A stretch of 64,000 bases of DNA from a virus (lineage: Duplodnaviria > Caudoviricetes). The position numbers and the translations under genes were made by a program. Position 1 is the stretch's first letter; the number at the start of each line of letters is the position of its first letter. Location of the stretch: the IMG/VR virus record IMGVR_UViG_3300037424_000224, positions 10,662 to 74,661 of that record; one strand, written 5' to 3'. The notes beneath the pieces are model-generated. The model was given only the letters and a program-made list of their open reading frames with translations. It made no database searches and had not been told where the DNA came from. Positions 27,738 through 37,240 of this stretch are shown in pieces.

Positions 27738-29779
27738 ATGGCAAATAAACGGCTCGCAATTCCATAGGTTAAAAGTGGCAATAAGATGAAAAACCTTTTT
27801 ATAAAAACAAAGTCAACTAATGATCATTTCTTTGATGATCTAACAGACGAAAAGGCACAATATGTACTAGGATTAATAGCATCAGATGGTAATCTAAGTC
27901 ATAATCCCAAAAATAAAATATCTATAACATCTAAAGATAGAGAAATACTAGAAAAAGTTCAGAAAGTAATGCAGACAGATTATAAAGTAGGATTTGATGG
28001 ACGCTGTGTTTATCAAATTCAAATATATTCAGACATACTTTATAATCGTTGCATAAGTTTAGGACTTCCAGAAAGAAAATCTTTAATTTTAGATTACCCA
28101 AATTGGGCAAATAGACATTTTATCCGGGGGGTATTTGATGGAGATGGCTCAGTTTTTAAACAACATAATAGACCAACGATACTATGTGAGTTTACCTCAT
28201 CTAGTATTAAGTTTATAAATGGTTTAGAAGAGCATTTAACAAATCTGGGTTTGGAATACCACTACAGAAGGGACTACATGCCTCCTTCCGGTAATCCAAA
28301 TTATAAAATCCTTATACATCGAAATTCAGATAAAATAAAGTTTTTTGATTTAATCTATAAAGATGCAACAATATGGTTAAATAGAAAACACGTTATCTTC
28401 CAGAAATGGTTATTGAAAACCTCGAATATCGGAGAAACTCTAGAAGTAGACAACTCCGAGGCACGTTAATTTAACGGAGCCGTAACGACTACCAAGAGGT
28501 CTCCTTTGGGAGAGTGGTATAGTCTGATCTGCACCTATAACTAAAAGAAAGTGCAGAGTTGAGTAGAAATATCTCAACCTCGCGTAAGCGAAGTAACAAA
28601 AATGTTAAGGAAATGCAACTAAGAGTAGTCGGGCCTAAAGGTGAATTCCTAGCAAGTAGAATTCAGAAGTTAGACATTAATGCTAACATTCCTACAACAG
28701 ACGTAGATGAGCTTGGCAATAACAAGCACGCCGGTTCTGTTGCGGGTACACCAGAAGTAACTGCTACATTTTCAGCGATGGATGTATCAGTTAAAATCTT
28801 CTCTGCTTTAACTGGTACAGATGCCGCAGCCTATCCAGCTGCTGGTGTAAGTATTAGTCAGTTAGGTGAGATTGATATTATTGGTCAAGTTAAAGATGAT
28901 AAGCTCGTAGACTACATCAAGACTGTTCACGGTCGTAGACTACAGGTTACTGGCTTTAACTATACTTATAATGTTACTGGTGAATCTACTGAGGAATATA
29001 CAGTTCAAGGCTCTGATAAGAGATGGTTTAAGAATGACGTAACTGTAGATAAGTTCTCTACAGGAACTACTTCGTTCACGTTATCACAGACCCCAATTAT
29101 ACTTAAAAATGGTAATTATGCACTAAGTGTGATTCTTGATGGTTCATATATAGATGAAGTAACTGGTGCACCTGCTACGGGTGAGTATCGAGTAGTCGGA
29201 ACTACACTGACCACTGGCGACAGTATGACTTCGCAAGTAGTTGTGGTTTATCATACTAATCCAGCGGGTACAAATTGGGCTTATATTTCTGATAGTACAA
29301 TTCCTGCTGCTATCCGCGGTAAGAACGTACCAGTTAGTATTGGTCTAAATAGTATTAAAAGAGTTCAGTCAGTTACTCTAAGAGGAACTTTCCCCAATCA
29401 GAAGATTGAAGAAATGGGTAATACAGCCGTAGTTGGTTATACGACTCAAGTACCTCAAGTAACTGGTGATTTGACTGTATTAGATACTGACCTAGAGTTA
29501 ATTGCTCTACTTCAAACAGGTTCGATAAATCCTGCTGATACAGAATTCCCACTATGCGGTTATACGGTTAGCGGATTAAACTTAATTATCGAATTGCATG
29601 ACCCAGCCACAGGATGTTCAGTTTCAGGTGCAGTATTAAAGACTCTTTATGTACCTCAAATTGTACTAACATCTGAAGGACATTCAACTAATGTTGGTAA
29701 TAACGCACAACAGACATTTGGATTTAAGTCTGCATTAGGTGATTTAATTGTATACAGTGGTTATAAGTATCTAACGTAA
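27738..29779 (+). CDS. Major tail (tube) protein, spliced: exon 1 27738-27765, exon 2 28605-29779 (MANKRLAIP-F-KEMQLRVVG...)
   Basis: AGGAGA RBS + ATG 27738; joining T27765 to T28605 restores the frame of the 28559-29779 ORF, whose own N-terminus is intron sequence. Confidence 0.82.
27766..28604 (+). mobile_element. Group I intron in major tail gene
   Basis: P1 CCAT/GTGG with U.G at the splice site; P AATATCGGAGAAA, Q AACTCCGAGG, R GTAACGACTA, S GGTATAGTCT; ends GTAACAAAAATG. Confidence 0.88.
27786..28469 (+). CDS. Intron-encoded double-motif LAGLIDADG homing endonuclease
   Basis: YVLGLIASDGN and FIRGVFDGDGS motifs. Confidence 0.9.
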   Translation: MKNLFIKTKSTNDHFFDDLTDEKAQYVLGLIASDGNLSHNPKNKISITSKDREILEKVQKVMQTDYKVGFDGRCVYQIQIYSDILYNRCISLGLPERKSLILDYPNWANRHFIRGVFDGDGSVFKQHNRPTILCEFTSSSIKFINGLEEHLTNLGLEYHYRRDYMPPSGNPNYKILIHRNSDKIKFFDLIYKDATIWLNRKHVIFQKWLLKTSNIGETLEVDNSEAR

Positions 29780-29820
29780 TAGCCCTAACATAATTGAATA
29801 GCAGTACAAGGGTTTGACTA

Positions 29821-29863
29821 AAGGGGCGATTTCTATCATGCAAATGAAGGTCGCCCCTTTTTT
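29821..29863 (+). terminator. Rho-independent terminator after major tail gene
   Basis: AAGGGGCGA...TCGCCCCTT followed by T run. Confidence 0.78.
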
Positions 29864-29885
29864 ATTTATATAGGAGAGGATAGGA

Positions 29886-30617
29886 ATGAGTAAACAAGAT
29901 CAACTTACTAAGCTGTTTTCGTGGAGTGCAGAACTTACAATTAAAGATCAAAATAACGAAGAAGTTATGAAAGTCTACCAGAGAGTTGTAGGAGACTATG
30001 ACCTTCAAACAGCGCGTAAAGCCGCGCTTAGATATACTAATCAACTTAGATGTAAAGTCTCGGACGAAAAAAGTGATGATTACCAAGTATATGTAGCTCC
30101 AGTATTGGTTTTATCTAGGGAGGAACAAGAAACTTTAGCTTTATATGACTCTATTTTGGAAGTACAAAAAGAAGCAGAAAAGCTCACCAAGATTCCTGAA
30201 CCTAAAGAACCAGAAGGAGATGCCCCAACAGTTGAGTATGAGAAGTACGTAGAACTGGATGATAGTTATGAAGATAGGTATATGAAACTACTTAATGAGA
30301 ATACTCAAAAGTTACTAAATAAAAAGAAAGAAGAACTAAAGGCACTCAGTGAACAAGAATTAAAAGATATAGCTATTCAAACTAGAATAGAAGGTCTGTG
30401 TGAAAATGAACTAAAGTCTAAGTTCTTTGAATACTGTGTTTATTTAGGTACCTACGAAGATAAAGCCTTTAAGACTAGACTTTATTATAATTTTGATGAT
30501 TTTGGTAATATACCCGAATTTTTAAAGATGCAGCTAATGAAAGGTTATGCTGACTTGGAGATGACGGCTATAAGTTTAAAAGAATCCCGAAGAACGGAAC
30601 CTTCCGTGCAAGTGTAA
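29886..30617 (+). CDS. Tail assembly chaperone (gpG-like)
   Basis: Between tail tube and tape measure; carries a slippery site. Confidence 0.75.
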   Translation: MSKQDQLTKLFSWSAELTIKDQNNEEVMKVYQRVVGDYDLQTARKAALRYTNQLRCKVSDEKSDDYQVYVAPVLVLSREEQETLALYDSILEVQKEAEKLTKIPEPKEPEGDAPTVEYEKYVELDDSYEDRYMKLLNENTQKLLNKKKEELKALSEQELKDIAIQTRIEGLCENELKSKFFEYCVYLGTYEDKAFKTRLYYNFDDFGNIPEFLKMQLMKGYADLEMTAISLKESRRTEPSVQV

Positions 30618-30862
30618 GTTTATCTGAAAAGTCTGGTAGACCCTTAGATAGAAGTTTACTATATGTAAGAGATTTTCCCTATACTATTAGTTACTGTATA
30701 AAGAAATCTTATCAGATTGAAAGTTTCTTTGAACTTCCAAAGGATAAACGACCACCAGAGGATATTTGGGATGATGCAGAAGAACTAGAAATCTGGCTAG
30801 ATAATATGTACAGTAATGAACCTAACTCGTTAGAAATAGATATTAACGACATTGAGGGATGA
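29886..30862 (+). CDS. Tail assembly chaperone -1 frameshift product (gpGT-like)
   Basis: T TTA AAA heptamer at 30575-30581; the -1 frame stays open (KRIPKNGTF...ELPKDKRPPEDIWDD...DIEG) to TGA 30860-62, which overlaps the TMP ATG. Confidence 0.8.
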
Positions 30863-33800
30863 TGGCACGAACTAAAGAAGAATTACAAGGATTAATTACA
30901 GTCCTTAAAGAATTAAACATAGCAGTTGGTGGTAATTTAGAGACTAATATAGAAAAAGCCAATGCAGCCATAGGCAAAATTGGTTCTGGAAAAACGTCTG
31001 GTTACGAGGACATAATACAGGCTTTTAAGAGTATTAAAACAGAGATTAAAGGTCTTGAGAATGTCAACCCGGAAGGAATTCATAGAGTTAATACTGCTCT
31101 AGCTGAGACTCTTAGATTAACTGGTGAACTAGAGCGAGCTAAAAAAGCTGCTTCAAATTTAACTGCCGCAGAAGGTAGACAGTTAAATGCCTTACAAAAT
31201 CCAGCAACTCCAGCCGCAGTATCCCAAAGATTAGCAAATGAAGCAAGAATCAGTGAGGAACGTAATCGTTGGTTTAATCCTGAATCTACTTCTGATGGTC
31301 TAGCTCCCGCTAAATTAGTTAGAGGCGCTAGAACTGAGATGGAATCTAACCTTGCCAATAGACCAGAAGCCCTAGCTGCAGTCGAAGCTACCAAAGCTTC
31401 AAAAACTAAGGCCGAATCTGATATTAAAGTGTCAGCACAACTAAATGAACTTTCTACTGCTATTCAGCAGGATAAAGCAGCTTCTATTAGGTCTGCTGAA
31501 ACTAAAGATAAAGCGACTTTAAATGCTACTCAACAAGGTCTACTACAAGCAGAAATTACTAAACGGCAAGGTGAAATAGCGGCTCAAAAAGCTTCTGATG
31601 CTAAGTTACGTTCCGAAGGGGAGATGTACTATAATAATCCCCAAACTGCCGGAGTAGGAATTAATAGACCAGAATCTATTTATGGACAGGCAGGACAGGC
31701 CGCTTCTGCTACTGAGAAAGGTAATGATTTAGCTCGTAAAGCTGAAATATCTGCCAAAGAAACAGTTGCAGATTTAGAGCAACAAAAACTTCTACAACAA
31801 GAAATAAATAAAATTCTTGAACGTAGGGCAGATGAGAAGCAACAACCTCTACTAGAATCTGAGATTGCTAAACGTCAAGCACAATTAAATCCTGTCAAAC
31901 CAGTAGATACTCCTCTTGATCCACAAGCAGCAGCTTTAAAGGCTTTTGGTGATAACCAGAGCAAACTAGACTCGTTTAATGAAAAAATAGGTAAAATGGG
32001 ATTCGGCCTTGAAAATATGACTAGAATCTCTAAAGATGCCGCAACTGGTATTACTACTATGTCAGGCAGTATTAAAAATGCTCAGGGTGTAACTGAAGAA
32101 TTAACCGTGCATGTTGACCGTTTTGGCAATGTAGTACAAAGTAGCTCTAATAACTTTAAATCCTTCGGGGACGTTCTAGCTAATAACGTCAAGAAAATGC
32201 TTGAATGGGTTATTGCCGGTGGATTAATCTTTGGAGCTTTAAGTAAGTTAAAAGAAGTTTTTGGTAATATGAAAGAACTTCAAAATCTACTTAATGATAT
32301 TACAATTACTACTGGACAAACTGGTGAAGCTTTAAGAAGTACGTTTGATTCAGTAGTTGGAATTGCAGATATTGTTGGTGTCAGTGCTATTGAAAGCTTA
32401 AAGGCTATGAATTATGCCTTAAAGATTACCGGGGATAGCGCCAGCTCAGTTGAAAGAACTGCTAGAGCAACTCAATTATTAACTGCCTCACTTACTCTGG
32501 CTAAACTAGGTGCTATACCAGTTACCGAGGCTATGGATACTTTAGTAGCAGCTTTGGAACAGTCTGGTAAAGGTTTTGATTATGCAAATAAGTTACTAGA
32601 TAGCTTTCAGGCAGTATCTAAGATTTCAGGTGGTTCTATTGACGATTTAGCTACAACCTTCGGTATTGCCGCAGGTTCGGCCATTGATGTTGGATTGGAA
32701 GTAGACCAGTTAAATGGCGTTATTGGCGCTTTCGCGGCAGCTACTACTAAGAGTGCTGAAGAAACTGGTAATGCTCTAAAGGTTATGTTTTCCAACTATC
32801 AAACAGATAGTGCTGAAAAATCACTATCTAAATATGGTATTGCAGTAAGAGATTTTACTACCGGTGCGGCTAAACCATTCATGGATGTCATGAATGAAAT
32901 CTACGCCAAGAAAGAGGCAGGATTAATCTCACCAGCAGGAATGTCCGAAATCACTAATGCAATTGGTGGTGGGCCACGTAGAGCTCCTGATGTTACTGCC
33001 TTAGTTAATGTCATGGGTAAAGTACCTGCCATTGAAGAAATTTCTAAATTAGCAAAAGGTGATGCTGTCGCAGCTTTAGCCATTAAACAAAAAACATTAG
33101 AAACTGCTACAGAACAATTAAATAACGCTTTTCTAAAGTTGTCAAACACTTTAGGAGATAGTGGTGGATTCGTTGAACTAATGACTACAGGAGTTAAGTT
33201 TGCAACTGCTTTTGCAGAAGCTATTAACGATATTACCAAGATGTTGGGGCCAATGACATCAGCACTTGCTGGATTGGCTGCATTGGGAATTGGTAATAAA
33301 TTATTTGGTAATCAGGCTAGAGAAATGCTAGGTGGATTGTCCAGATCGCTTGGGGCACAAACTCCTGAAAGTTTAGGATCAAAAGTTTCTGCTGCTGGTG
33401 GAATTGTACCGGAAATGGTACAATCTGGTAAAGGTGCTTCTGATGGTTTTGTGTCTGGAGTTAAAGGTTTCTTCTCTAATGGATTTGGAGCCGCAATTAC
33501 ACCTGTAATAGGCTTATCTCTAATGGAAGCTATGCAGGGCAATTATGCACAAGCAGGAGCTTCAGCCATTGCTGGTGGTATAATGGCGGGATTAACTAAG
33601 TCCTCTGGATGGGCTTCAATAGCTGCTATACTAGCCTCTGTAATAGTTTCAGAAGTGCAGTCTTTAATTGATATGGTTAATAAAGGAAGTGAAGCTAGTA
33701 CGGCTGGAATTCAAACTTATGAGGAGTACAAAAAGAAAAATCCAAATGCTACTGCCGACGAGTGGCAACAAACCATGCGTCAAAGAACACAGGATATAGT

Positions 33801-35844
33801 TGGAGATTCTACGAGATTCGGTACTAAACAAGATCAAATATTATCTGGCTTGGACAATCTACAAAGATATGATCTAGCCGTTAAACAAAAAGAATATCTA
33901 CAAAAGAATGGTTATGGAGAAGACCTGGATAAAATGGTCTCTCAGGGGAAGAGTGGAGATTTACTTGGGTATAATGAATCTCTAGGGAAACTTACTAAAG
34001 TAATTAATGAAGCGGGACTAGGCGTAGGAAGTCAACCAGAGTCTCAAAATTATTTAACTAGATACTTAGTTCCTCAAATGATAATTACTGCTAAGAACTT
34101 TGGTGATATTAGTACAGTTGCTAAAGGCTTGGAAGCTGGTTTTTCGGACTTAAACAAAGTAGTAGAACAATCTACTGATACCCAAAATAATAAGTTATCT
34201 AGTCAGGTCGCTTTTAATAGTGCTTTTGAAGGTGAAGGTACATTCAAGCAGAATCAATTAAAAACTAATTTAATGATGCAGTATGGTCAACCAGGAAGTA
34301 ATGTAAATACATCAGCTAAGTTTAATCAAATTATCGGACAGGGAGAAACTGCTAAAACAACTGTTCCACAGATTCTATCTGCCTTACACCCAGATGTTAA
34401 AGACATAGAAAACGCCAAAGAATATTCAGATAAATACAATGAATTATTTAATATCATGTCTAGAGCACCAGAAGATAGATCTTCTGAAATTGTAAATTTA
34501 GCTAATGCCTATAATGATATTAATATTGCCATTAAAGAAGGTAAAGTAGCGGAGAAAGATTTATCAGCGGAAAGAGAAAAATTAGGTATTTATAAACAGC
34601 AATTAGAAATAAACTTACAACTAGCTGCTGTAGAATCCGCCAAGTCACAAGTAGTTTATCCAGGCTTTACTGACTATAAAGATTTAACTAAACAGCAAGT
34701 TTTAGCAGGTGCCAAGTCCGCCGAAAGGTTACAGGATTATACCGTTAAAGAAATGGGTATAGACCCAGATTTATTTAAACAAAGCTTAGATGACATTTAT
34801 GTAATGACTAAGGATGGTCTAATTAAAGTTAAAGGTCTAAGTAAAGACTTCTTTTCCCCGGCTATTGATGGTATTAAAGATATGAAAAAGAGTCTAGAAG
34901 ATGCTTTTAACTTCCAGAATCTAAGACAATATCCACAAGAAATGGCCGGTAGAATTCAAAAGGCCATGAACTATTATCAGAACTTATTAAAGCAATATGG
35001 ACTAAATGAGAAGATTGAAAAGATGACTTTCTTATTTAAGGATAATCAGGTATCACAGCTAGTCGGCTCGCAAACAGCACTTCAACTAGCATTACAAGAT
35101 TTAACTGAAGTAGAAAAGAAACAATTAGATGGTGTTTATAACCTACCTTCTGGAGCTACGGCTTATATACCATTACAATCTGGACAAGCATTGGCTAATA
35201 ATACTGCTAATAATGTTGGTGCAGCTCCTTTTGATTATGGTGATTTAAAAACTCCTGCACTAACTCCATTAGTTAATCCATTAGACCAAATAGTAATGAA
35301 CACCGGTCAAATAGCAGCAAATACAAATACTTTTTCAAGTTCAAATGATCCTAGAGCTAATACAGGAAAAGGGCCGCTTGCACCGGAGAAGAAACCTCTC
35401 TGGGAAGGCTACGGAGAGAAAAAGATTGGCCCATTTGAAGGTACAGATAAAGGTACAGAGGCACCATGGAAACCAACATCTGAGGCAGATTTAATACGAG
35501 AAAGCATTATAAATGGAACTCCGTATAAAAACGATAAACCATTCGGCGGTGCATTTGAACCACTTACTAAGCCAATTAATGACCTAATGAAGCTATTTGG
35601 ACTTAATAAAGGTACAGCAGGAACTGATGCTTCTATGGGCGGAGGAAAGGCCCTAGCTTCTCCTGCTAAGATAGATATTACTGTTAAGCCTGAAAAAGTT
35701 ACTAATGATCTAAATGCTCACCTAGTCATACAATTAGATGGAAGAGTCGTAGCTAATGTAATTAAGAAATACATTTTTGAAGACTATCAGAGACTAACTG
35801 CATCGGTTGGAAAAGATAGTAGAAGTAGGCCGGGAGTATTATAA
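30859..35844 (+). CDS. Tape measure protein (TP901-type core)
   Basis: 1661 aa, Ala/Gly-rich helical; DDLATTFGIAAGSAIDVGLEVDQLNGVIGAF...GNALKVMFS core. Confidence 0.92.
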   Translation: MMARTKEELQGLITVLKELNIAVGGNLETNIEKANAAIGKIGSGKTSGYEDIIQAFKSIKTEIKGLENVNPEGIHRVNTALAETLRLTGELERAKKAASNLTAAEGRQLNALQNPATPAAVSQRLANEARISEERNRWFNPESTSDGLAPAKLVRGARTEMESNLANRPEALAAVEATKASKTKAESDIKVSAQLNELSTAIQQDKAASIRSAETKDKATLNATQQGLLQAEITKRQGEIAAQKASDAKLRSEGEMYYNNPQTAGVGINRPESIYGQAGQAASATEKGNDLARKAEISAKETVADLEQQKLLQQEINKILERRADEKQQPLLESEIAKRQAQLNPVKPVDTPLDPQAAALKAFGDNQSKLDSFNEKIGKMGFGLENMTRISKDAATGITTMSGSIKNAQGVTEELTVHVDRFGNVVQSSSNNFKSFGDVLANNVKKMLEWVIAGGLIFGALSKLKEVFGNMKELQNLLNDITITTGQTGEALRSTFDSVVGIADIVGVSAIESLKAMNYALKITGDSASSVERTARATQLLTASLTLAKLGAIPVTEAMDTLVAALEQSGKGFDYANKLLDSFQAVSKISGGSIDDLATTFGIAAGSAIDVGLEVDQLNGVIGAFAAATTKSAEETGNALKVMFSNYQTDSAEKSLSKYGIAVRDFTTGAAKPFMDVMNEIYAKKEAGLISPAGMSEITNAIGGGPRRAPDVTALVNVMGKVPAIEEISKLAKGDAVAALAIKQKTLETATEQLNNAFLKLSNTLGDSGGFVELMTTGVKFATAFAEAINDITKMLGPMTSALAGLAALGIGNKLFGNQAREMLGGLSRSLGAQTPESLGSKVSAAGGIVPEMVQSGKGASDGFVSGVKGFFSNGFGAAITPVIGLSLMEAMQGNYAQAGASAIAGGIMAGLTKSSGWASIAAILASVIVSEVQSLIDMVNKGSEASTAGIQTYEEYKKKNPNATADEWQQTMRQRTQDIVGDSTRFGTKQDQILSGLDNLQRYDLAVKQKEYLQKNGYGEDLDKMVSQGKSGDLLGYNESLGKLTKVINEAGLGVGSQPESQNYLTRYLVPQMIITAKNFGDISTVAKGLEAGFSDLNKVVEQSTDTQNNKLSSQVAFNSAFEGEGTFKQNQLKTNLMMQYGQPGSNVNTSAKFNQIIGQGETAKTTVPQILSALHPDVKDIENAKEYSDKYNELFNIMSRAPEDRSSEIVNLANAYNDINIAIKEGKVAEKDLSAEREKLGIYKQQLEINLQLAAVESAKSQVVYPGFTDYKDLTKQQVLAGAKSAERLQDYTVKEMGIDPDLFKQSLDDIYVMTKDGLIKVKGLSKDFFSPAIDGIKDMKKSLEDAFNFQNLRQYPQEMAGRIQKAMNYYQNLLKQYGLNEKIEKMTFLFKDNQVSQLVGSQTALQLALQDLTEVEKKQLDGVYNLPSGATAYIPLQSGQALANNTANNVGAAPFDYGDLKTPALTPLVNPLDQIVMNTGQIAANTNTFSSSNDPRANTGKGPLAPEKKPLWEGYGEKKIGPFEGTDKGTEAPWKPTSEADLIRESIINGTPYKNDKPFGGAFEPLTKPINDLMKLFGLNKGTAGTDASMGGGKALASPAKIDITVKPEKVTNDLNAHLVIQLDGRVVANVIKKYIFEDYQRLTASVGKDSRSRPGVL

Positions 35845-36212
35845 TGACACCAATTTGGAAATTAGGAACAGTATCAATTATTGTATCTGGTGAAGATGAT
35901 AAGCCAGATACAAAGTTATCAGAGCACGTTGTGCTAGATGGCGTAGAATCTATCATACATAATTTTGGGTATGGTAGTGGCATTAGAACATTGTCAGCCT
36001 ATATTTTGGGTAATACTGGTGAATATGAATCTTTAGTAAATTATTACCATACTCAAGACATAATACGCTTAGTAACTGACCAAGGAAACGATATTTGGTG
36101 TACTATATGGTCTATATCCAGAAAACGACTCTTAGATACAAGACGTACATTACCCTCTTACCAACTTTCTATAGAATTAAAGAAAGCTACTCCTGAGATT
36201 GGTACACCATGA
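35844..36212 (+). CDS. Distal tail protein-like
   Basis: Small beta protein right after the TMP. Confidence 0.5.
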   Translation: MTPIWKLGTVSIIVSGEDDKPDTKLSEHVVLDGVESIIHNFGYGSGIRTLSAYILGNTGEYESLVNYYHTQDIIRLVTDQGNDIWCTIWSISRKRLLDTRRTLPSYQLSIELKKATPEIGTP

Positions 36213-37240
36213 CAACAGTCAGAAAGCTTTACGCCAGTGTAACTAGTTGTTCTGGTATTAATAGTATTAGTATCAATACGAGCTACAGCAACTCTTCTGG
36301 AGTTGCTGTAGTTAACTGTGATGTTTGTGCTCTTAGTTTAAATAACTTAGTAACTATAGATTTAGGCTATGAGGACGAACATGCTGTAATATTTTCTGGG
36401 CGGGTAAAGGATATTAATCGAAGCCGCTCCGACATGAATATTACTCTAACTATTAAAGATAAACTCGTAGATGCCTCTGATTATTTTCTGGTTGCTGATA
36501 ATCCAGAAGAACCGTGGTCTAGACAAAATATGAAAGCAGAAGACCTAGTTGGAGATTTATTAGGAGAGGCTGGAATAACCAATTATGTCGGAGATGTTCC
36601 ACTTGAGTTCATCTACGGAGTTTCAGTACCAGCAACCTTTAATCTAATGTCTGTCATGGACGCCTGTACACAGATTTCATCTATCTTAGCGTGGCATATA
36701 TTTTGTGAATCCGATGTAGTCTATTTTATGGATATTAAACCATATTATAGGTCAGCAGCAGATAAGTTATTAGAGTACGGATATTCTGCTCCGGCAGATG
36801 TAATTAGTCATAGATTTTGTAATGATACTACAATATCTGGCTATGACGTAAAAGCAACCATAAAATCATTAGAACACCAAGCTTCAGACGAGAACATTAG
36901 AAACAAGGTCACAGTTTATGGCAGAGAAAATTTGCACGTAAGTGCTTCTTCTCCAAGTCCATATTTACCCGATGGATTTTATAAAACGGCAGTAATTGCC
37001 TCACCTTTAATTGATTCTACTGAAATGGCCGAATCAGCAGCCAGATTTAATCTGGGTTTATATAATAGATTAACTGAATCCTGTCAACTAGATGTATTAG
37101 GTGACCCAAGTATCAGAGCTAGACAGTTTTGTGAAGTATCAGACACTATAACTAGTACTTCTGGATACTGGTTTATAAACGCCTGTACTCATACTATAGG
37201 CGCAGATGGGTATACAGTAAAAATGGTATTAACTAAATGA
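36209..37240 (+). CDS. Baseplate hub/Tal-like protein 1
   Basis: IFSGRV, NKVTVYG, GDPSIRA motifs of the gp27/Mu gp44-like fold. Confidence 0.65.
   Translation: MTTVRKLYASVTSCSGINSISINTSYSNSSGVAVVNCDVCALSLNNLVTIDLGYEDEHAVIFSGRVKDINRSRSDMNITLTIKDKLVDASDYFLVADNPEEPWSRQNMKAEDLVGDLLGEAGITNYVGDVPLEFIYGVSVPATFNLMSVMDACTQISSILAWHIFCESDVVYFMDIKPYYRSAADKLLEYGYSAPADVISHRFCNDTTISGYDVKATIKSLEHQASDENIRNKVTVYGRENLHVSASSPSPYLPDGFYKTAVIASPLIDSTEMAESAARFNLGLYNRLTESCQLDVLGDPSIRARQFCEVSDTITSTSGYWFINACTHTIGADGYTVKMVLTK

Noticed and set aside
28559-28604. N-terminus MSRNISTSRKRSNKNV of the track ORF 28559-29779
   Set aside because: It is intron P9 sequence; the real start is exon 1 at 27738.
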